Positions 39,335-53,700 of a DNA stretch of 63,326 nt are shown piece by piece; the stretch's first letter is position 1, and each line of letters begins with the position of its first letter. Source of the stretch: Lama guanicoe. Its lineage: Eukaryota. Where the stretch lies: NCBI GenBank assembly GCA_013239625.1, contig MU053185.1, positions 62,001 to 125,326 of the forward strand. The letters are read 5' to 3'. Under the pieces are notes generated by a model. That model was given only the letters and a program-made list of their open reading frames with translations, made no database searches and was not told where the DNA came from. The translations under genes and the position numbers were made by a program.

Positions 39335-41520
39335 ATACCAATATTGTTGACTAACTTAACCTTGAGAAAATATTTTCTATTCCTGACAAAAACAACAGTA
39401 CATAAATCTTTCATTGCACACAAAAACTGTTACCATAGAGAGGTGAAGAAAATAGGAGAATGTGTAGTTTTGTTTTTATATATAAGAAACATATGGTTAT
39501 GCTTTTTTTGGAATTGTTGATTGACAACGTGAAAAATGATTTAAATTTAATTCCCCAAATTCACTTTATTCAAAACAACTCCCTTTGGCAATTAAGACTT
39601 CAAAAGCAGATGAGAAGTAATGATTTGACATCCCACTTATAAAACGCAGCTTTGCAAGTTATTACATCAAACAACTAATCTAATGTGTAGGTCATGGCCA
39701 CTTAAACCATTTCCCAGTTTGACAAAGCAACAATTTTATTCAACACCATGGACTAAAAGGGTTAGTACAGAATTTGGAAACATTAAAATATGACTTAAAG
39801 CTTGTTTCCTAACCTGGAAGAGTCTAGAAAATGTGTGTTGTTTATCAACTGTAAACATGATTAAGGGCTCCAACTGATAAACTGTGAACCATGACTTCAG
39901 ACCCTACACAGTGTTTAGCGCATGTAAAGAGCCCTTCTCTCCCCAGAGGTAATGTTGCTCAGGGCCCTCAACCACCACCACCACCATCTCCTCCTTCCTT
40001 TCCTCTCCCCCAACAGATGCAGTCACATGACATTTTCCTGTACAACCCTAGACCAAAAGTGTGGATTCTGTGGCGTAATTTGATGGTGATGATTGAAGAC
40101 AGTGGGGGCAGTTAACATCAAGGATTCGGTATATGATCCATTAATGTGACTCACTTCCGGCACGTGGGCCCACAGACCTACAGCTACTCTCAACGTGCCC
40201 TTAATTAGCTCATTCTTTACACACTGGACACAGCCTTTTATGTGTTTGCCAAAAGCTTTGTATTATTAATCACTTTCATCAGAACACAGCAACATAACAT
40301 ATGAAATACTGCACACTATCCAGCCAGTATTCCAGATTCCAGATGACATTAATGGCACCAAATTGATGTTTTACCCTATTTGGTACTTTTCTCTCTTTAT
40401 TGGTTTTAAAAGCTAAGATCATGCCTGACCTTCCCTTAATTATCATAGTAATCTTCCATCTTTCATGAGTGCATCTAATACTTTATTAATCTCATAAATA
40501 TTTTGAGGCTATACAATCTCCTGGGGAAACATGTCCTTCACATACACTCTCTACTTTATAAAGTATGCATTGGGGCTTTTAATCTGAACTAAACTATCTT
40601 TTTCAACTCTATAGGATGACTCTTCATCCTGGAATTTGAAAAAGAAACAAGCTTAAGTTAATTTTCTCTACATATATTCAGATTTTATAAGCTTCAGTCT
40701 CACACTCTTGTGTCTGCCTTTGAAGACTGAAGAGTTCTTTCTTAGAAAACCTCCCTCAGTAAAGTTCTTCAGCCCCTCAGCTATATAAATTGCTACTACT
40801 GGAGATGTTTCCCACACAGCTAATGTCCAACCTGAAGTCTGTGCCCAGAAATGAACAAGGAAATCTACATGGGGAAAAAAAAAACCAGTGTGGATTTCTA
40901 TAGGGTGCCATGACATTTGGAAACAACATTTTGAGACAGTTAGTGCCTTCCTCAGATTGACGCCAAATCCAGAGTATATGATTTCATTAATTAGTCAAGT
41001 GGTTTGTTCATTTGTTAACTTAATCAGTCTATGAAAATGTATCTAATATTTATTGTGTGCCACATCCTGTTCTGGGGGTTGCTGGTATGATGGTGACCTC
41101 ATGGCAATTATGGTATATGTGGTCTTTCTCTTCCTAAAGACAAATTTAATTGGGTAACACTAAAAAACATGTGTTTAAGAGAGCTATTAAAAATGCATAG
41201 CCAAATCATGAGGAAGGGGAAGAGAGGGAGCAAGGATTACTAGCATTACTATCCAGGCATTATTAGAGTGCATGTCCAAAAAAGCTTTCAGTGCAAGAAC
41301 AATCTGAGAACCAAATAGTCACTCTTCTTTGAGTCCAAGCTCCCGAGTTTACTGTGTTTAAGGACTCTTTAAAATTAAAATAAGACTCATATCCCCACCA
41401 CTAACACGTACAGCATAATAAACAGTAATATTTTTCATATCTAACTAAGAAGACCCATAGAAATGAAAATTTACTAGTAATATGTAAGGTTTTGTCTTAG
41501 GGTTCCTTCCAGCAGATTCA

Positions 41521-42100
41521 TTTAAAAAAATTTTTTTTGAAGTATAGTCAGTTTACAATGTTGTGTCAGTCTCTAGGGTACAGCATAATGTTTTGGTCAT
41601 ATATATACATACCTATATTCATTTTCATATTCTTTTACATTATAGGTTATTACAAGTATTGAATATAGTTTCCTGTGCTATACAATACAAATAAGTTATT
41701 TATCTATTTTATATATAGTAGTTAGTATCTGCAAATTGTGAACTCCCAGTTTATCCCTTCCCACCCACTTCCCCCCTTCCCCGGTAACCATAAGTTTGTT
41801 TTCTATGTCTGTGAGTCTTTTTCTGTTTTGTAAATAAGTTCATTTGTGTAATTTTTTTATATTCCACATATAAGTGATATCATATGGTATTTTTCTCTTT
41901 CTGGCTTACTTCACTTAGAATGACAGTCTCCAGGTCCATCCATGTTGCTGCAAATGGCATTATTTTATTCTTTTTTATGGCTGAGTAGTATTCCATTGTA
42001 TAAATATACCACAACTTCTTTATTCAGTCATCTGTTGATAGACATTTAGGTTATTTCCATGTCTTGGCTGTTGTAAATAGCACTGCTATGAACATTGAGG
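41521..42100 (-). mobile_element. L1 3' end inserted in a MaLR-like LTR
   Basis: Reverse complement of the L1 3' region seen at ~13430-14000; imperfect TSD around AGCAGA(T/C)TC. Confidence 0.85.
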
Positions 42101-43102
42101 TCCTCAAGCAGACTCTTAAGATAAGGATTTGATTTCAAGTAGTTGGTTTAAGTGGTGACTCCAAGAAACAATAGGGGAATGAAGAAGTCTGGCAATGAAG
42201 GGAAAGAATCTAATAAAGAATAAGTTGATGAGAAGGATGCTGCTGTACGCAAGTAGGGCTCAGTCCTACTGGGGAGTCTCAGAGAGACTATGAAGTACAC
42301 ACCTCAGAATTGTCCCTTCTGTGACAAAGAATCTGGAGTATTTATGAACAAACTACTGTTCCTCCTCGTTTGAGGGTTGGTCCTCCAGGCATGAACTCCC
42401 CAGTATTTCTGAACTGCCACCCATGACTGAGCTTATTCCAGGGGACAGAGAAAACCCTCAGGCAGAGGGCACAGGAGCTATCTATCTCCCAAAGACCCTA
42501 GTATAGGCCAATGGTACACAGGATGGCAGCCTGCAAGACTTTTTAAAGTAAATTTGTGCTGTCTTAATCACAAGAGCATCTACCTACTTTGAAAACAGCA
42601 GTCCATTGTGAGCCATTATTCAACTCTCAGACAAAGCTCCATGAACATCTGGATTTGCAGGCTACCTGCAATAACTCAGAAACTGCCCTCTGTCCTGCTG
42701 CCCACACATTCTCTACCAAGGTCCCAAAGATGAGGACAACTTGAGAAACCAGTGCTCTAAGAAAGTAGAAATAATTTTCTTATTTAAAAAAATCATACTG
42801 CACACATGTGTTTAGAGGATACCTCTGTTCCCTCAACCATTTTTTCAATCAATCCTTGCCTTAGAGGATATAAAACAGGACATGGCACCTTTATGTAGAG
42901 CATCACTCCCCACCGAGGCTTCTGCTTTTTGCCTTTTTCCTATGTTGGTTCTTCCACAATCCTCTCTGTGAAACCAAGTCCGCCTAAAACTGAGCTCTCC
43001 TGCTGAATTTATGATTAATCTCTCTACCTAAAACTTTATTCCCTTTTTTTGTCCTGCTCCTGTTCCCCTCAGGATTGAGAAGTATCAAAGAAAAAAGGGG
43101 AC

Positions 43103-43680
43103 TGAAACCAAGCAGGACCCTGTGGGGCCCTCCTGGGTCCACAAAAGGGCCTCTATGTCCCCCATTTCCTGTTTGTAGAAAAACAGGCTTTGGTCTCCCA
43201 GGCCCTTCCTAAGTTCCAAAGAGCAGACTCCAGCAGTTAATGATTAAAACAATAGTGCCACATGCCTCCTAGTTCCTCCTGAAGGGATACAGATAACAAT
43301 CTGATGCGTATCTCTGAGTTGTTCTGCAGAAACTAAGATCCCCACCCAGTGGAGGATGGTGACTCCATGCTGACTATAGGCACTAGACCCCAGACTGGTT
43401 GGAACTAGAAGGTTGATGACTGAGATTCCCAAAACATCACCCTGTTACCTCACCACCAACCAAACAGAAGAAGGTCCATAAACTGATCGCACATCCTATG
43501 ACCCTCTCCCCGAACACTTTGAAAATCCTTGCCTGAAATCCATCGGGGAGCTCAGGTCTTTTGAGCATAGCTGCCTGTTCTTGCTTGGTGTCCTGCAAAT
43601 AAACCCTTACTTTGCTGCAAGTCCTACTGTCAGAGTTTGGCTTTCTGCACCGCAGGCACAGGAGTCCTTGCTCAGTAACA
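43103..43680 (+). mobile_element. ERV1-type solo LTR
   Basis: TGAAACC...GTAACA, AATAAA at ~43598, related to the LTRs at 1323 and 6129; no clean TSD. Confidence 0.8.
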
Positions 43681-44558
43681 CTTGGGTGAACTGGTCATTT
43701 AATAAGCAATACATGCTCACTGGGGCCACTGCTTGACTAGAAACTGCCACAAGAGAGATCACAGTCCCTGGCCACATGTGAGAGAGGAATCATTTGAACT
43801 TCTTCTAGAATAAAAAGTACAAATTAGATGTTGGACTTTTGAACCTCATGTGCTTAATCATAAAATAACTGTCAGGAGACTATTAAGGACCTATGATAAT
43901 CCCCTTGTTCCTTGCACTCATTTTTCAAGAATTAAGCTTGAGTTGGTAGCTAGTAAATGCTGAAGGCAGGCTCAGAAAATTGTTTGCCACATTACCCCAA
44001 CTCCTCATTCCTAGACTCAAAAATGGCAGTGGGCAACTACGAGCCACATTTGAGGTGTTGGTTTGGTTAATCCAAGTGGTACATATATCTACTAAGCAAT
44101 TATTTGAGACCTATTTTGTGCACTAAACAGTCAAGAGGGGGAGGAGGGAAGAAAATTACACTCTTGTTGGAATAAGCATGCATAAAAAGCAACTTATTAG
44201 TTGAATTGACCAAGGAAGAATAGGTTGGCAGAAGAAGGGCAAATAACTTTCCAGAAAACTACTTTTAGTCCTACAAGGAAAGGCAATCCAAATATCTTCT
44301 CTACTTTGACAATACAGTATTGATCTTTCCCATTGAAAAAGGATGGAAGACCACCTCCATATATGGAAATGTCACATATAAATTAGAAATACAGTACTGA
44401 AATCAAGAGTAACAGGAAAGGGTGGTGTTTAACCAGCACATGAGAGGAGTGATGCACAACTTAACCCCTCCCTCATCCCAGCCAGGGTCAGGGGCCTGAC
44501 AGCCCTCTGGCGAAAAGGTTTGTTCAGTCTCAAACTATAGCCCTTTGTGATTTTTTAA

Positions 44559-45807
44559 AGTTTACTTAAACTCACTTCCTAGTAGCAAGAGGAGACTGCT
44601 CTGTGCAGTTGGGTAGGAGAAACTTGGCCTTGCTGAAGGTTAGAACTGTGCCGAGAAAGGGGGTGGGGTGTTACCGCGCTGCTACAGAATCATAACAGCT
44701 ATTTCCTGCTGCTTCTCCCACTATGTGAAGCTGGGAGAGGCCTCAAGGAATTACATGACCCAGTGTCCTGGTTGCACCCCATGTTATTGAACAGGTGGCT
44801 GAGGTCACCAGGGGTAGTGCTGAGAGTCAGATCTGACTTGAATCCAGTTTCCACAGCATCTTGGGCAAGTAGTTTATATCCTGGACTTCAGTTTCCTCGT
44901 GTGGGAGATGATAAGACCAATCCTACCTCACAGCATTGCGAGGATTAGCGAGAATGCAGGAAATCACCCAGTCTGGGGAGGACTCATCACATCTTTCACT
45001 TACTGTCTGGTGACAGAGCTGGGACTGGCTCCCTGATCACCTTTATTAACCGCTGCTCACTGTGGCCAGGCTCCCGAACCCCGGGCTTCTCGGAAAGCAC
45101 TGCAGGAACTCTGCCCAAAGGCGTCCCGGGCCTGTATCTGGGGGCTGAAGCCATCTTCCATCCCCACAGATGTCTCTAACAGGTTGTTCCAGGCCTTTCT
45201 GAGCCCACTTTGGTTGCTCCTTTCTCTCTGTGCCCGTTTCCAAAGGTGAAGAATTGCTCAGGGGAGGAAGTGCTCGGTGCCTGGAGTGCTGGATGGTGTA
45301 GGGGACACAAACAGATCTGGGACTCACTCACTTCTATGGGTCTCACAGTCCACAAGGGCAGACTGAAGGGTACAATCCCTGGACCATCTCCTTAGCTCTG
45401 CCACCACTTCTGGAACAGCATCCTCCTCTTCTGGGGAGCTGCCCCACACAAACACATCCTCGGATTATGTGGTCCCAGGGGGAGCCCCTGTTCCTACAGG
45501 ACCCACACCTCCCTCACCACAGCTGACTTGACCCGCCCCTGGTGCCTCCTGTTGTTGGCTTAAAGTCAGGCACCTGAGGACTAGGTGGAGTTTGTTCCCT
45601 GGCATTGAGGGAAACAGAGAACCTTATTTCTTGTGCTTCATGTGTTCTTGAGCGATTTCTCATTCCACTCTCCATGAAGGAAAATGGGAGCAGGACGGAA
45701 ATATATTACTGATGACTTTAGCACAAGAAATAGAGCATGATGATTCAGCTCTGTCTAGACTTTTGAACTTTGGGATCTGCATTTCCACCAAGAGGAAATA
45801 CTGTAAG
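44559..45807 (+). repeat. Near-identical segmental duplicate of 1-1249
   Basis: Direct alignment, offset 44558. Confidence 0.97.
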
Positions 45808-45879
45808 TCCACTGGGGCCCTGTAGATACAACCTACATCCGTGAAAGTTCTTTAGCTGTCCAGAATTTCTTTTGACTGG

Positions 45880-46293
45880 GTAATTAGGGTAGGCTAACTG
45901 CCATAATAAACAATACCAATCTCTTTGGCTTGTTAAGTGAATCTTACTTTTTTTTCCTTATTAAGGTCCAGTGCAGTTTGGTGGTAGAGGTGATGGAGAG
46001 AGAATCTTCACATGTCATTCAAAGACCCAGGGTCCTTCCATACTATAGGTATGTCATCATCTTGGATCTTTTCCTCTTCTGCATTCAGCTGAATGATTGC
46101 ATAGGCAGTTTGTTATAAACTAGACCTGATGATGGCATACATCACTTCTTCCCATGTTCCTCTAAGCCAGAACCCAGAACACGGCTCTACCTAATCATAT
46201 GGGAAACTGGGCAATAAAGTACAGTTGTGTGATCAAGAGTTACAACCAACAGAAAAAGAAAATGAGGTTTGATGAACACATAGTCTCTGCCAC
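45880..46293. mobile_element. MaLR (MLT1-like) LTR relic; only its first ~160 bp are present in unit A (2013-2158)
   Basis: MLT1-like phrases (GGCATACATCACTTCTTCCCATGTTCC, TAGTCTCTGCCAC); paralogy to 2013-2158. Confidence 0.55.
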
Positions 46294-48405
46294 TGTAAGT
46301 TTGTCAACTTTGGGGTATTTCAAAATATTAGAAATCCATTTGGCTGCAAATCTAAAGCCTGTTCTTTGGTCATCTGAGTCCTATGTCTATTAACTGGTTT
46401 CAGATTCAGATGGGAAGAAACAGGGGTTCTTTTGGAGTACCCTAAAACACAAATGGACAGGACTGCTCAAATTCGAGTTTGGAATATCTTCGAGTCCTTT
46501 CTCTGGGTTTGAAGCTTTGAGCCTACAAAATACCAGAAACCATCTTCCCTGCCATATGGAGGAAGCTAGTATACAGAGAAAATTAAGCTTCCAGGCATGG
46601 AGAAGCAGAAACAAAAATTACAACAGGGAGAGAAGATTCTGGTTGTATACTTCCAGGATTCAGTGATCCTCAAGGCTTACATGAAATACCTCAGTTTCTT
46701 TCCACCAACTTCCCTTTGGCATTTAAGCTAGATTTATCTAGGTCACTTGCAACCACAAGGTTCCTGACTAAGAAGAAATACCGGCATGTTAAAAATAACT
46801 GAGATTGACAGTACCAAATGTTAGAAAATATTTGTAGCAAATGGAATACTTATACACTGCTTGTGGGGTGCTAAGGGACACAGCCACTTGAAAAATGGGC
46901 ACTATCTCCTGAGGCTGAACACTGCGACCCAGCAATTAGAACCCTAAGTATATAACCAACAGAAATGTACCTATATGTCTATCAAAAGATATATGCAACA
47001 ATGTTATTCTTAACATTTCCAAATTGGAAACAACCCAAATATCAGTAATAGTATAATAGATCAATAAATGTCTGTTGATGGATGAATAGATAAAAATTTG
47101 TTTATATATATAACTGTTAACATACATATTATCTTTGAAAAGAAGGAGATCCTGCCATTTGATGTTCAGCATGGTGACTATAGTTAGTAATACTGTAATG
47201 TATCCTAGAAATGCACTAAGAGAGTAGAGATGATGTGCTCTCACCACACAGACACACATGCACACAAGGTAACTATGTGAGGAAATGAGTATGTTAATTA
47301 GCTTGACTGCAGTAATCATTTCACTATGTATATCAAAACATCACATTGTACACCTTAAATATATGTAATTTTCATATATAAACTTTTAAAAGAGTTTTTA
47401 AAAGTTCTATAAAGGAAGATAGTTTTTGAAGTAATAAAGATGTGAAATCCACACACACACATTCACCCAAATAAGCTGCAGCATATTCATAATCAATGAG
47501 AATGAATAAAGTATTGCTGTGTAGTCCAAAATGGATAAATTCCACAATCGTAATGCTGGGTGAAGGAAGTCAGACATAAAAAAGGAAATAATGTATAACT
47601 CTATTCACATGAAGCTCAAAAACATGCTAAAGTAATTTATGCCGTTAGAAGGACAACAGTTTACAGTGGGCACTCTGCTAAATCACTCAGATTTCCCTTT
47701 GGGACTAAAAAGCTTACTCCGCAGAGCTGGCAGGGCGGTTGGCTGACTGCCCTCAGCTGTCAGCCCTCCCCAGCAGTTAATCACTCTTGATTACAGAGAG
47801 CCCTTTTTCTTAAGGTCATGCCCTCTGCCTTATGTTAGTCTATATCCAATGATGTTTTATGTAAGAGTTTTAAGGCCCAGTCCCCTTGTCCCAATATGAA
47901 ACAACTCCATAGCGCTGTCTCAGCTTCAAAGTACTCTGTGGGTTCAGCTCAGACCTCAGTTGTGACTGCGTTGCAGCCCCCCTCCTCCGTCTAATCCTGG
48001 TTCTTCCACTTCCCCATATGTGTTGATCTAAATAACACATATAAACGTCTCACGAGAATTCACCATCTCAGAGTCTGTTTCTCAGGAAACTGGCCTGGAA
48101 CATGGGTACTCTTTGGGGACATGGGGAACGGGAAGTGGAACAAGGCAGGAACAAGGCTGTTGGAAATGTTCCATTTAGAGATCTGGTCACTCACTGGTGA
48201 TATGAGTACATATCCATTTTGTCAAAAAGAATGATTGAACTCCATGTATGTTTGTGTGCCTTTCTGTATGTATGTTTTACCTCAATAAAAAGTGAAAGAA
48301 ACAGTGGATCCAAGAGGAAGAAGGAAGCCTAAAACAAGATTATAATCCCAAATTTACTTTAGAGAAATAAAGACACAGAGAGGATTAAGGTCATTCAGCT
48401 ACGTA

Positions 48406-49044
48406 CAGTCTGTTCTTGTCCTTTGTAGTAGTTGTGTTGTATAAAGTCACTGTAGACACAGAATGAGTGAATACTGAACCATTGCTCCTGGGGGAAATAC
48501 AGAGTTAGGTTCCTGTGAGCTTCTGGTAACAATATTTTCATCAACTGATCAACACAAAACCTTGTTTTCTGTGTGTTTCTGTTTAAAGATACCTTATTGA
48601 ATATATACCATTGATTCACCTAACATTGAACTCACAACCAACAGTACTATAACTCATGGTGAAAGAAAGCTTATCTAATAGACGTATTCATAATTTCTCC
48701 ATAAGGCACCCCACAGCCTTCCGATACTTACAAACACCAACCAGCCCTTCAACACTACACTTGGGGACCACTTTAAACAATGGTATTCACCAACAAAAAG
48801 CACAAACATGCAAAAAACATGGCGCTAAATAGACTACAAAAAGGACACTGGTTTACATTGTGAGAGCTGAGTGAAGAAGGCATAGTGGGAATGTGCCTGT
48901 AAGCAACTCAAAATTTTTGCCAGTCTGTGCACTTCTCTGAATGGTAACAAAAGTGCTGCAAATATTGATTTTAGGGTAACAAATAAATGCTAGTGACAAA
49001 GTAAATTCACAAATACAGAATTTATAAAAGATAAGGATCAACTG
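48406..49044 (+). mobile_element. MER82-like TcMar-Tigger non-autonomous DNA transposon
   Basis: CAGT...ACTG termini flanked by TA on both sides; internal sequence matches MER82 as recalled. Confidence 0.7.
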
Positions 49045-49299
49045 TAATTGCCAAGTTGGGCTTCGAACCCAGAGACAGATATAAAAGATACCCATAAATG
49101 TTTCTAATGTGATTTTTTTACCTTTAGAAAATATTTAAAAGAAACAATCCACAGAAAAATAATGAATACAATAAATATTTATTTCATTTACCCATTTTTT
49201 ATAATATAGAGATTTGACGATAAAGGACCTTGCTGATTTCTGGAATTCTTAATTCCTTTAAAACTAACCTTTTGAGAGGAAGACTTTGTGTGTCATGTG

Positions 49300-49794
49300 A
49301 CAGTTTTTTACTGCTAGTGTAACAAATCACCACAAATTTAGTGGCTTAGAATAACACACATTTATCTTATAGTTCTGTAGGTCAGAAGTCTGAGACAGGC
49401 TCACTGGGCTAAAATTAAATTTTATGCAGGGTTTAATTCCTTCTGAAAGCTCCAGGAAAATCTGTTTCTTTGCCTTTTTCCAGCTTCTAGAGGCTTCTTA
49501 CATTCCTTGGCTTGTAGCCCTGTTCCTCAGTCTTCAAAGTCAGCAATGCTTATCTCCATGACTATTCTTCATAGGCTCATCTTCCTCTGACCATAACTGG
49601 GAAAATTTCCCCTCTCTTAAGGACCTATGTGATTAGATTTGGCCTACCCACACAATCCATGGTAATCTCCCCCATTTCAAAGCTTTTAATTTAATCATAT
49701 GGACAAAATCTCTTTTGTCACATAAAGTAACATATTCAAAGTCCAGGAATTAGGGTGTTGATATCTCTGGAGAGCTATTATTCTGCCTACCACA
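49300..49794. mobile_element. MaLR MLT1-type LTR
   Basis: TAACAAATCACCACAAATTTAGTGGCTTA..TTCTGTAGGTCAGAAGTC..ATTATTCTGCCTACCACA. Confidence 0.75.
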
Positions 49795-49799
49795 TGCTA

Positions 49800-50580
49800 C
49801 TTTATTTTTTTTACTGTTTTTTATTGAAGTATAGTTGATATACAATATTATATGTTACAGTACACAATTTTTAAGGTTATACTCCATTTATAGTTATTAC
49901 AGAATATTGGCTATATTCCCTGTCTTGTACAATATATCCTTGTAGTTTATTTCATACCTAATAGTTTGTACCTCTTAATCACCTAACTGTACCTTGCCCC
50001 TCTCTCCTTCCCTCTCCCCAATGGTAACCATAATTTGTTCTCTATATCTGTGAAACTGCTCCTTTTTTGTTACATTCACTAGTTTGCTGTATTTTTTTAG
50101 ATTTCACATATAAGTCATATCATACAGTATTTGTCTTTCTCTGTCTGACTTATTTCACTTAGCATAATATCCTCCACGTCCATTCATGTTGTCACAAATG
50201 GCAAAATATCATTGTTTTTTATGGCTGAGTAGTATTCCATTATTATATGAACACTAGGGTGCATGTATCTTTGAATTAGTGCTTTTTTTTTTTCAGATAT
50301 ATACCCAGGAGTTGAATTGCTGGATTATATGGTAGTTCTATTTTTAGTTTTTTTGAGAAACCATACTGTTTCCCACAATGGCTGTACCAATTTACATTCC
50401 CACCAATAGTGTACAAGGGTTCCCTTTTCTCTACATCCTTACCAACATTTGTTATTTGTGTTCTTTTTGATGAAATCCATTCTGACAGGTGGGAGGTTAC
50501 ACCTCATTGTGGTCTTGATTTGCATTTTCCTGAAGATTGGCAATGGTGAGTATCTTTTCATGTGCCTGTTGGCCATCTGC
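49800..50580 (-). mobile_element. L1 3' fragment
   Basis: T-rich tail and minus-strand L1 3' UTR/ORF2 end. Confidence 0.85.
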
Positions 50581-52169
50581 ACCACATATGCTTTATAAAA
50601 GAAACTATACATACTCTACAAAGAACTAAAGCCAAATAACTTGCACCTAGGAGATACTCTTTTCTTTGCATGTATAATAGAGGGTGATGTTGCTCCTTGA
50701 AGCTTACTGGTTTTCATGGTAACTAAGTCTTAGATACTACATAAAGGTAAACTTTTCCTCTTTGACAAATTTTTATTAAAGCATTTGCTGAAGTGAATTA
50801 GAACACAAAAATTGACTTTACCAGACACCAATTTGCAACGACTAATAGCCAGTGTCTATTTATAATTGAGAGTAACCAAATTCTGGCTGCTGTCATTCCA
50901 TGCAAGGGAACGACATTAGTAAAAGAACTAGGTATGAAACTCTTGCATGTTGAGGGGTTGTTGTAGGCAATTTAGCTACAGTAAAGCTTTTTAACAAGCA
51001 ACCTCAAAGTCTCATTCACAGGTCTACAGAATGACTTTTGCAGGAGTCAGCTGGGACTTGCGAGGCTTAGCTGTGCGTTGAGTTTGGTTGGGCGGGGCTC
51101 ATGTCTGCTCAACATATCCCCTTAATCTGCAACACGCCCAGGACGTGTTCTTCAAATGGTGGATGCAAGAAACATAAGAGGCCAAAGCCAACCATGCAAG
51201 CACATTTACATCTTTTCATCAAATTTGGCAAACCTTGTCTTCTCACATAACATTGGCTAAAACAAGTGACATGGAACACCCAAAATCAGGGAGCAGGGAA
51301 GTATTAACACCACCAGTGAAGTCATGATTAGGACAGGGAGGGAAGGAAGAATTGTGAGCAAATAATACAATCTACAACAAGGAAGGAGATTACAACAGAA
51401 TTCCTGGAGTGGCAGGGAGAAAGTGAATGGTAAGAGCCCAATCTGACTCCATTAATAATGAATCTCCAAACAGGTGGTAGGCCTAGAGTGACTTATGGTT
51501 TGGATGAGTGCAATGACTGACAGCAACATCAATAAATTACTCACACTTGGAAATTATGCAATACACACAGATAATTCAGACTCTAAAAGCCAATGACAGC
51601 TTTTTGTTCATGCCACAAATCTAGTTTGAACAAATCAAATGATTTCAAAAAAGCAATTGAAAATTTGGTGTTGTTAGGCTTCCATCTAGTGGCCACCAAG
51701 AGCCACTGTTCAAGATGGATGATGAATAAAGCATGTTAAAAGCAAAACAAGAGCAAAAACAAACAAAAGGTACATATAGTTTGGTTTATGGCCAGAAAGT
51801 CAAATTCAACCTATGTTAAGGACAGAGTATTTATATGCCAGGAATTTGTTTTTCAAGGATTTCCTTCTTCTGGAGTATACCTAGAACAGAGCCTCATATA
51901 CAGAAATTAATGAGTTCAATTTGATCAGGTTCTTTTTCCCTTAAGGAGCATAAAACTTTTTTTGTGAATGCTTTCTTCATCTTATTATATTGCCTGGGGG
52001 TAGAAAAGAAGTCATCATTAATATGCAAATTTGCTTGATTCAATAAAGCCAAATCATGAAAGTAATAACTTTTCATGACAAATGAGCTGCATAGTCACTA
52101 CTCTGAATTTCACCTCCATTGCACAGTCTGATATTTGGCTGACACACTGTCCCTTTAAAAAAAAAAACC

Positions 52170-53700
52170 TTATTGAGATATAATGACATAGCATATGATT
52201 CCAAAAAAGTATACCATTCAATGTTTTTAGTACATTCACAGAGTAGTGCAACCTATTATGTAATTTCATCTACTGAGATGATTAAATGGTTTTTATTCTT
52301 CAATTTGTTAATGTGTATCGCAATGATTGATATGTGGATACTGAAAAATCCCTGCATAAATCCCACCTGATCATGGTGTATGATTCTTTTAATGCATTGT
52401 TGTAGTCAATTTGCTAGTATTTACTGAGAATTTTTGCACTTATATTCATAAGTGACATTGGCCTATAATTTTCTTCTTTTGTGATATCTTTGTCTGGTTT
52501 TGATATCAGGGTGATGGTGGCCTCATAAAATGAATTCAAAAGGATTCCTTCCTCTGCAATATTTTGAAACAGTTTCAGGAGGATAGCTGTTAACTCTTCT
52601 CTAAATGTTTGGTAGAATTCACATGTGAAGTCATCTGGTCTTGGACTTTTGTTTGTTGGGAGTTTTTAAGTTACTGATTCAATGTCAGTACTGGTAATTG
52701 GTCTATTCATATTGTCTACTTCTTCCTGATTCAGTCTTGGCAAATTGTACCTTTCTAAGAAGTTGTCCATTTCTTCTACGTTGTTCTTTTTGTTGGCAAA
52801 TAGCTACTCATAGTAGCCTCTTATGATCCCTTGTATTTCTGTGGTGTCGGTCGTAACTTCCCCTTTTTCATTTCTGATTTTATTAATTTGGGCCTTCTCC
52901 CCTTTTTTCTTGATGAGTCTGGCTAAAGGTTTATCAATTTTGTTTACCTTTTCAAAGAACCAGCTTTTAGTTTCACCGATCTTTTCTATTGGTTTTTTAG
53001 TCTCTATTTCATTTATTTCTGCTCTAATCTTTATGATTTCTTTTCTTCTACTAACTTTGGGTTTTGTTTGTTCTTCTTTCTCTAGCTGCTTTAGGCGTAA
53101 GGTTAGGTTGTTTCTTTGAGATTTCTGTTATTTCCTGAGGTAGGCTTGTATCATTACAAACTTCCCATTTAGCTGCTTTTGCTGTGACCCAGAGGTTTCT
53201 GATCATTGTGTTTCGTTTTCATTTGTCTCAAAGTAGTTTTTGATTTTCTCATTGATTTCTTCCATGATCCATTGGTTGTTTAGTAGCGTATTGTTTACCC
53301 TCCACGTGTTTGCAGCTTTTTTGCAGTTTTTTTCTTGTAGTAGATTTCTAACCTCATAATGTTGTGGTCGGAAAAGATGCTTGGTACGATTTCAATTTTC
53401 TTAAATTTACTGAGGCTTCAAAACATTTTCATTATCCCCCAAAGAAGCCATGTACCCATTCATACCCATTAGCAGTCATTCCCCTTTCTCCTTCCCTCCA
53501 GCTCCTGGCAAAAACTAATCTATTTTTTTCTCTATAGATTTGCCTACTCTAGATACTTCATATAAGTGAAAGCATACTATACACAGCCTTTTATATCAGG
53601 CTTCTTACATTTCAGCATAATATTCACAAGGTTCATCCTTATTGTAGTACATATCAGTATTTCATTACATTTTATTGCTGAATAATATTCCATTGTATGG
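52170..53700 (-). mobile_element. Old L1 3' end interrupted by an L1 ORF2 fragment (~52265-53420)
   Basis: Minus-strand ORF2-like sequence bracketed by L1M 3' UTR-like sequence. Confidence 0.75.
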
